DNA of 64,000 nt from an uncultured Chloroflexia bacterium (lineage in GTDB: Bacteria; Chloroflexota; Anaerolineae; CG2-30-64-16). A program made the translations under genes and the position numbers. The stretch is from assembly GCA_963774265.1 (NCBI GenBank), contig CAVZDU010000007.1, forward strand, positions 128,001-192,000. The letters run 5' to 3'. The notes beneath the pieces were generated by a model that was given only the letters and a program-made list of their open reading frames with translations, did not search any database and was not told the origin of the DNA. Shown here one piece after another: positions 60,477 through 64,000 of this stretch. Numbering within the stretch: position 1 is the first letter of the stretch; the number at the start of each line of letters is the position of its first letter.

Positions 60477-61549
60477 CAGCCCTCCTCGATGATCGTCAGC
60501 GCAGCCCGCAGATAGCCGATGACAAACGCCATACCTGCATGCCACGGCGCGGCGCACGCCACTTGAGGCGTGTGGTCGGGGACGATCACGCCATCATAGC
60601 CGTTTTTGTGGAGGATGCGGAGCAGGCGTATCATGTCGACATCCCCCTCGTCTACGAACACTTCATAGTAATGGGGCGCCTTTCCCCGTACGTTACGGAA
60701 GTGGAAGTAGGCAATCCTCCCCTGGCTGCTGTAGCGGTCGACCGCGTCGTAGACGTCCATCAGGTCGTCCGACATTTCCGCGACCGAGCCCGCACAGAAC
60801 TCCAGGGAATTGCTCCGGCTGTCTGCCAGATCGATGACCCGTTGGTAGAGCTCGGGGCGGTAGACCAGCCGCGGTGTCCCGCGTAGCGTCGGCATGGGCG
60901 GATCATCGGGATGGAGCGCGAGCCGCACCCCTGCCTCCTCGGCGACCGGGAGCACCGCCTGGAGGAAATCGTTCAGCCGCTGCCACAACTGGTCACTGGT
61001 GATCGCGGCAATGGTCCCGGGCGTGGCCGCGGGGTCGTAGACCATATTCCACACCATCCCGTTCGGGATCGGCGTCTCCTCCGGTCCATCGGGGCCGAGG
61101 AAGGCGACCGATTCGGCTCCGCCCCGCGCCCAGGGACCCACCACGTGCCCCCACACGCCCGCGATACTGAAGTTGTACCCCATGATCGGGATGCCGGCCT
61201 GCCCGACGATGCGGATCGTCTCCTTCAGCCGTTCGAGTTGAGCCTTCTTGTGCGGGCCCTCGAGCAATACATCATGCCAATGGGAGGGATCGAAGTTCTC
61301 GATTGCCTCGAGCTCCAGCCCTTCCTCATTGACCGCCCTACGGAGGGCCGTCAACTCATCGAGCGTCCAGGGCCGCTCGCGGTTGTCCATGATCCCCCAG
61401 CCCTGGCCCGTGCTGCTTGCGCCGGGCAGTCGCGCCTCTTTGAAATAGTCGGTCCAGTGCGCCACGATGTGCGTGCAGCCCAATTGCCGCGCGAAGCGGA
61501 AGTTGTCCGGCGTCAGCATGTGCCGGTAATATCCCAAACCCAGTTTCAT
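60476..61549 (-). CDS. uxuA: Mannonate dehydratase family protein
   Basis: MGYNF, VAEEAGVRLALHPDDPP, HFRNV, PDH, GY. Confidence 0.85.
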   Translation of the reverse strand: MKLGLGYYRHMLTPDNFRFARQLGCTHIVAHWTDYFKEARLPGASSTGQGWGIMDNRERPWTLDELTALRRAVNEEGLELEAIENFDPSHWHDVLLEGPHKKAQLERLKETIRIVGQAGIPIMGYNFSIAGVWGHVVGPWARGGAESVAFLGPDGPEETPIPNGMVWNMVYDPAATPGTIAAITSDQLWQRLNDFLQAVLPVAEEAGVRLALHPDDPPMPTLRGTPRLVYRPELYQRVIDLADSRSNSLEFCAGSVAEMSDDLMDVYDAVDRYSSQGRIAYFHFRNVRGKAPHYYEVFVDEGDVDMIRLLRILHKNGYDGVIVPDHTPQVACAAPWHAGMAFVIGYLRAALTIIEEG

Positions 61550-61586
61550 CGCTAATCCTCCACCTGGATGGGCAGGCGCCCCGATT

Positions 61587-62579
61587 CTAGCGCGAGGCGT
61601 CCCAACTTCCCATGCGCCTCAGGATTCGCGGCGCAAGCAGGGTCAGCCAGCGCGAGGGGACCTTCTTCTGGCCGAACTCCCATCCGCTCCACGCCTGCCA
61701 GACCGACTCCGGTGTGAATCGGCCCCGTTCGTCGGCCTTCGCCGCCAGGATGGCGGCCATCTCTCGCAGCCGCGGGTCATCCCGCAGGAAGGGGAATTGG
61801 CTCAGCACGTCCAGCATATGCAGGAGGTCGTACCAGATGAAAGGCGCTTTCAGCTTTCGGAAATCGTCGCCCATGTAGAACATGTACGGGTGGCGTTCGC
61901 GACTGGCAGCCCACAGAGCCAACAGGCTGCCGGCGCCGAGGCGGGCCGCGACACCCTCGCGGCTTCGGGGATCCTGAGCTAACGCCTTCAGCATGGCCAG
62001 GTTGGCAAAGGGGCACGGATCATCCTTGCGGCCCGGACCGCGCCAGTTTCCAAGCTCGGGTGAGACCGCGCACGGCCAGCCGACCTCGCGCACCAGCCCC
62101 AGCAGGTGCTCGCCGGCCGCGACCACGCGTTTGTCGTCACCCAGGCCGAACTTGAGCAAGGCGTACAGGATGAGCGGCGCGTCGCACAGCGCCCAAGCCA
62201 ATTGCTCCTGGCCGCTGCCCCCGTGCGATGTCGCTATGTTCATGGGCAGGGCAAACGGTCCCTGCGCTGACTGGTGGGATAAAATCCGTTCGATGATGGC
62301 ATCTATGCCTGGATCACCCGCCCGCAGTCCCAGGTCGGCGATGAAAGTCAGCTTGTGAAACGGCTGCCCGGCTGATTTATGGCTGCTGATGACCGTTCCG
62401 GGCCAGCCGGCCAGTTCGGCGATCAGGGCTTGCACCAGAGGGTCGGCCAGCATGGACCGGCGCGCGGCGGCTACCTGCGGATCGTCCTCGGGTTGATCCA
62501 GCAGATCACGTCGCGTCCGATATTCGACGTAGGCCGCTCCTTCGAGCAGCCAGGTTGTTGTCTCATTTGTTTGTTCCAT
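61587..62579 (-). CDS. Conserved hypothetical protein (prenyltransferase/squalene-cyclase-like helical fold)
   Basis: GWPC, DPCPFA, PFIWYDLL, PSRWLT pattern. Confidence 0.6.
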   Translation of the reverse strand: MEQTNETTTWLLEGAAYVEYRTRRDLLDQPEDDPQVAAARRSMLADPLVQALIAELAGWPGTVISSHKSAGQPFHKLTFIADLGLRAGDPGIDAIIERILSHQSAQGPFALPMNIATSHGGSGQEQLAWALCDAPLILYALLKFGLGDDKRVVAAGEHLLGLVREVGWPCAVSPELGNWRGPGRKDDPCPFANLAMLKALAQDPRSREGVAARLGAGSLLALWAASRERHPYMFYMGDDFRKLKAPFIWYDLLHMLDVLSQFPFLRDDPRLREMAAILAAKADERGRFTPESVWQAWSGWEFGQKKVPSRWLTLLAPRILRRMGSWDASR

Positions 62580-62640
62580 CGTCGGTGCGGCCTCCGGTGT
62601 GGGAATCGCGCGACCTGGATTGACTGACATTCTGTCTTTG

Positions 62641-63846
62641 TTACAGGATATTCCGCAGGAGCGGCAGCTTCCGCAGGGTGTAAACGATGATGTGGCAGAG
62701 AGCGACTGCGATCGGCGTCACCCAGAGAAACTTCAGACCGAGGTTCATGGTGATGCCGCTCAGCGCGATGGGCAGCGGCACGATGATGGCTGGGTGGAGG
62801 ACGTAGACGCCGAAGGCCGCGGGCGACATCGCACGCGCGAGCCGCCCCTGACCGGTGAACCGCCGCCGGAACCAGGTCAGCATCATGATGCTCACCACGA
62901 CGCATGTGAACGCCTCCCACGTCGAGTAGGCCAGCGACAACCAGTTCAGCCCTCCGGCTGCGCGCTCATCGAGTGACCCGCTGAATGCGCCTGCAGCTCC
63001 TGCCACACCCACCAACGACAGGACGATCAGCGGGCTTAACCAACGCCAGAGGCGGCCTTGAGCGTCTGGGAACGCCGCCAGCCACTCGTTCCGGTAGGCC
63101 AGTATTCCCACCACAAACATGGCGATGTACTGGGGGTAATGGGCCAGCTCCTGGTGCCACGGTTCGCTCTGAAGACCGACCGGCATCCAAATCCGCACGA
63201 CGAAGGTGACCAGGCCCAGGCTCAGCGCGAATAGAGCGATCGTACTGTTGCCGGGCACCGCTGCCCTGCCCGGATGGGCGGCAGCCGGTAGGGCAGCACC
63301 GGATCGACTGGCCGCGCTCAGAAGCCTCCACAACAAGTAGGCGATTGAGAAGATCAACAGCATCAGCAGGTACCAAACAGGCCCGTCAGCAATAGAGTCC
63401 AGCGGAAAGAAGATGTCGCGAAGGAAACTCCAGAACGAGCCCTGATAGGAACCTTGGTCCACGTCTCTGATGTAAGTGATGAACGGTCTGATGAGCAGCT
63501 CATAGATGAGCAGGGGGATGCCCAGGCGTTTGATCCGGTCGAGCAGGAACAGCCCCGGGCCTTTGCGGTCGTAGGCCCGTGGGGTGAAGTAGCCGGCGAT
63601 CAGGGAGAAGAGCCCCAGAAGCGATGCTGCCGCGATGGCTCCGAACGGGAGCATGAGGATGATGAAGATGTCGCTGACTTCGCCCGCTTCCTTGTAATAC
63701 CAATCGCCTTGGCCGGTGTAGGTAATGGCTAGGTGGCCGATGACGACCAGGGTGATGAGGGTCAGCCGGATGTTATCGATGTAGAGCAGGCGGGAGCCGC
63801 CTGTCGCGCCGTGAGCTTTTGCCCACACCACTTCAGAGCCCGCCAT
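62641..63846 (-). CDS. Acyltransferase-3 family membrane protein (OpgC/MdoC-like)
   Basis: RLLYIDNIR, GHLA, IAGYF, RLGIP, WYL, YVLH. Confidence 0.88.
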   Translation of the reverse strand: MAGSEVVWAKAHGATGGSRLLYIDNIRLTLITLVVIGHLAITYTGQGDWYYKEAGEVSDIFIILMLPFGAIAAASLLGLFSLIAGYFTPRAYDRKGPGLFLLDRIKRLGIPLLIYELLIRPFITYIRDVDQGSYQGSFWSFLRDIFFPLDSIADGPVWYLLMLLIFSIAYLLWRLLSAASRSGAALPAAAHPGRAAVPGNSTIALFALSLGLVTFVVRIWMPVGLQSEPWHQELAHYPQYIAMFVVGILAYRNEWLAAFPDAQGRLWRWLSPLIVLSLVGVAGAAGAFSGSLDERAAGGLNWLSLAYSTWEAFTCVVVSIMMLTWFRRRFTGQGRLARAMSPAAFGVYVLHPAIIVPLPIALSGITMNLGLKFLWVTPIAVALCHIIVYTLRKLPLLRNIL

Positions 63847-63864
63847 GATGCACCTCCCCAAAAA

Positions 63865-64000
63865 TCAGATGGCCGGTTGCCGGTCCCCGAGCGCCACCGC
63901 TGACAGGTCGGTCGGCGCGTAGACGCGAATCGCGGCGTCGCCGGCCAAGGGACAGCGGTTCTCGCAGATACCGCAGCCGGTGCAGCGATCGTGCAGGACA
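63865..64000 (-). CDS. C-terminal end of a 4Fe-4S dicluster protein (partial)
   Basis: CTGCGICENRCP..AAIRV. Confidence 0.75.
   Translation of the reverse strand, partial: VLHDRCTGCGICENRCPLAGDAAIRVYAPTDLSAVALGDRQPAI

Overview
GC-rich bacterial window, most likely Chloroflexota (Anaerolineae/Caldilineae-like). This is inferred from Ala/Pro/Thr-linker lipoproteins, a C-terminal YLPLI motif and the repeat types. Single-base indels are frequent in the first ~4.7 kb and scattered elsewhere, as expected for long-read/MAG data. Contents in order: (1) a 14 kb LacI-regulated sugar catabolism operon with two ABC systems (one binding protein has tandem-duplicated domains), two L-fucose-isomerase-like paralogues, an FGGY kinase and a class II aldolase; (2) housekeeping and envelope genes (MscS, glucokinase, DUF2207, LysM, ECF sigma/anti-sigma, DinG, RlmI-like); (3) a complete ISAs1-family IS with a 9-bp TSD; (4) a nested element in which an IS481-like IS (TGT..ACA ends, 7-bp TSD, triplicated C-terminal domain) interrupts codon 14-15 of the transposase of an IS256/ISH6-like IS (8-bp TSD); (5) a cell-wall hydrolase group; (6) an unusual operon: lipoate ligase, fused Mo-hydroxylase, FAD subunit, non-pyrrolysine MttB methyltransferase, Fe-S protein, HypB, HypA and MFS, with no hydrogenase or urease in the window; (7) PPK2, fbaA, a DUF5058 membrane pair with an M20 hydrolase, uxuA/SDR and an acyltransferase. 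No rRNA, tRNA or CRISPR array was recognised. All family calls come from motif recognition by eye, not from database searches.
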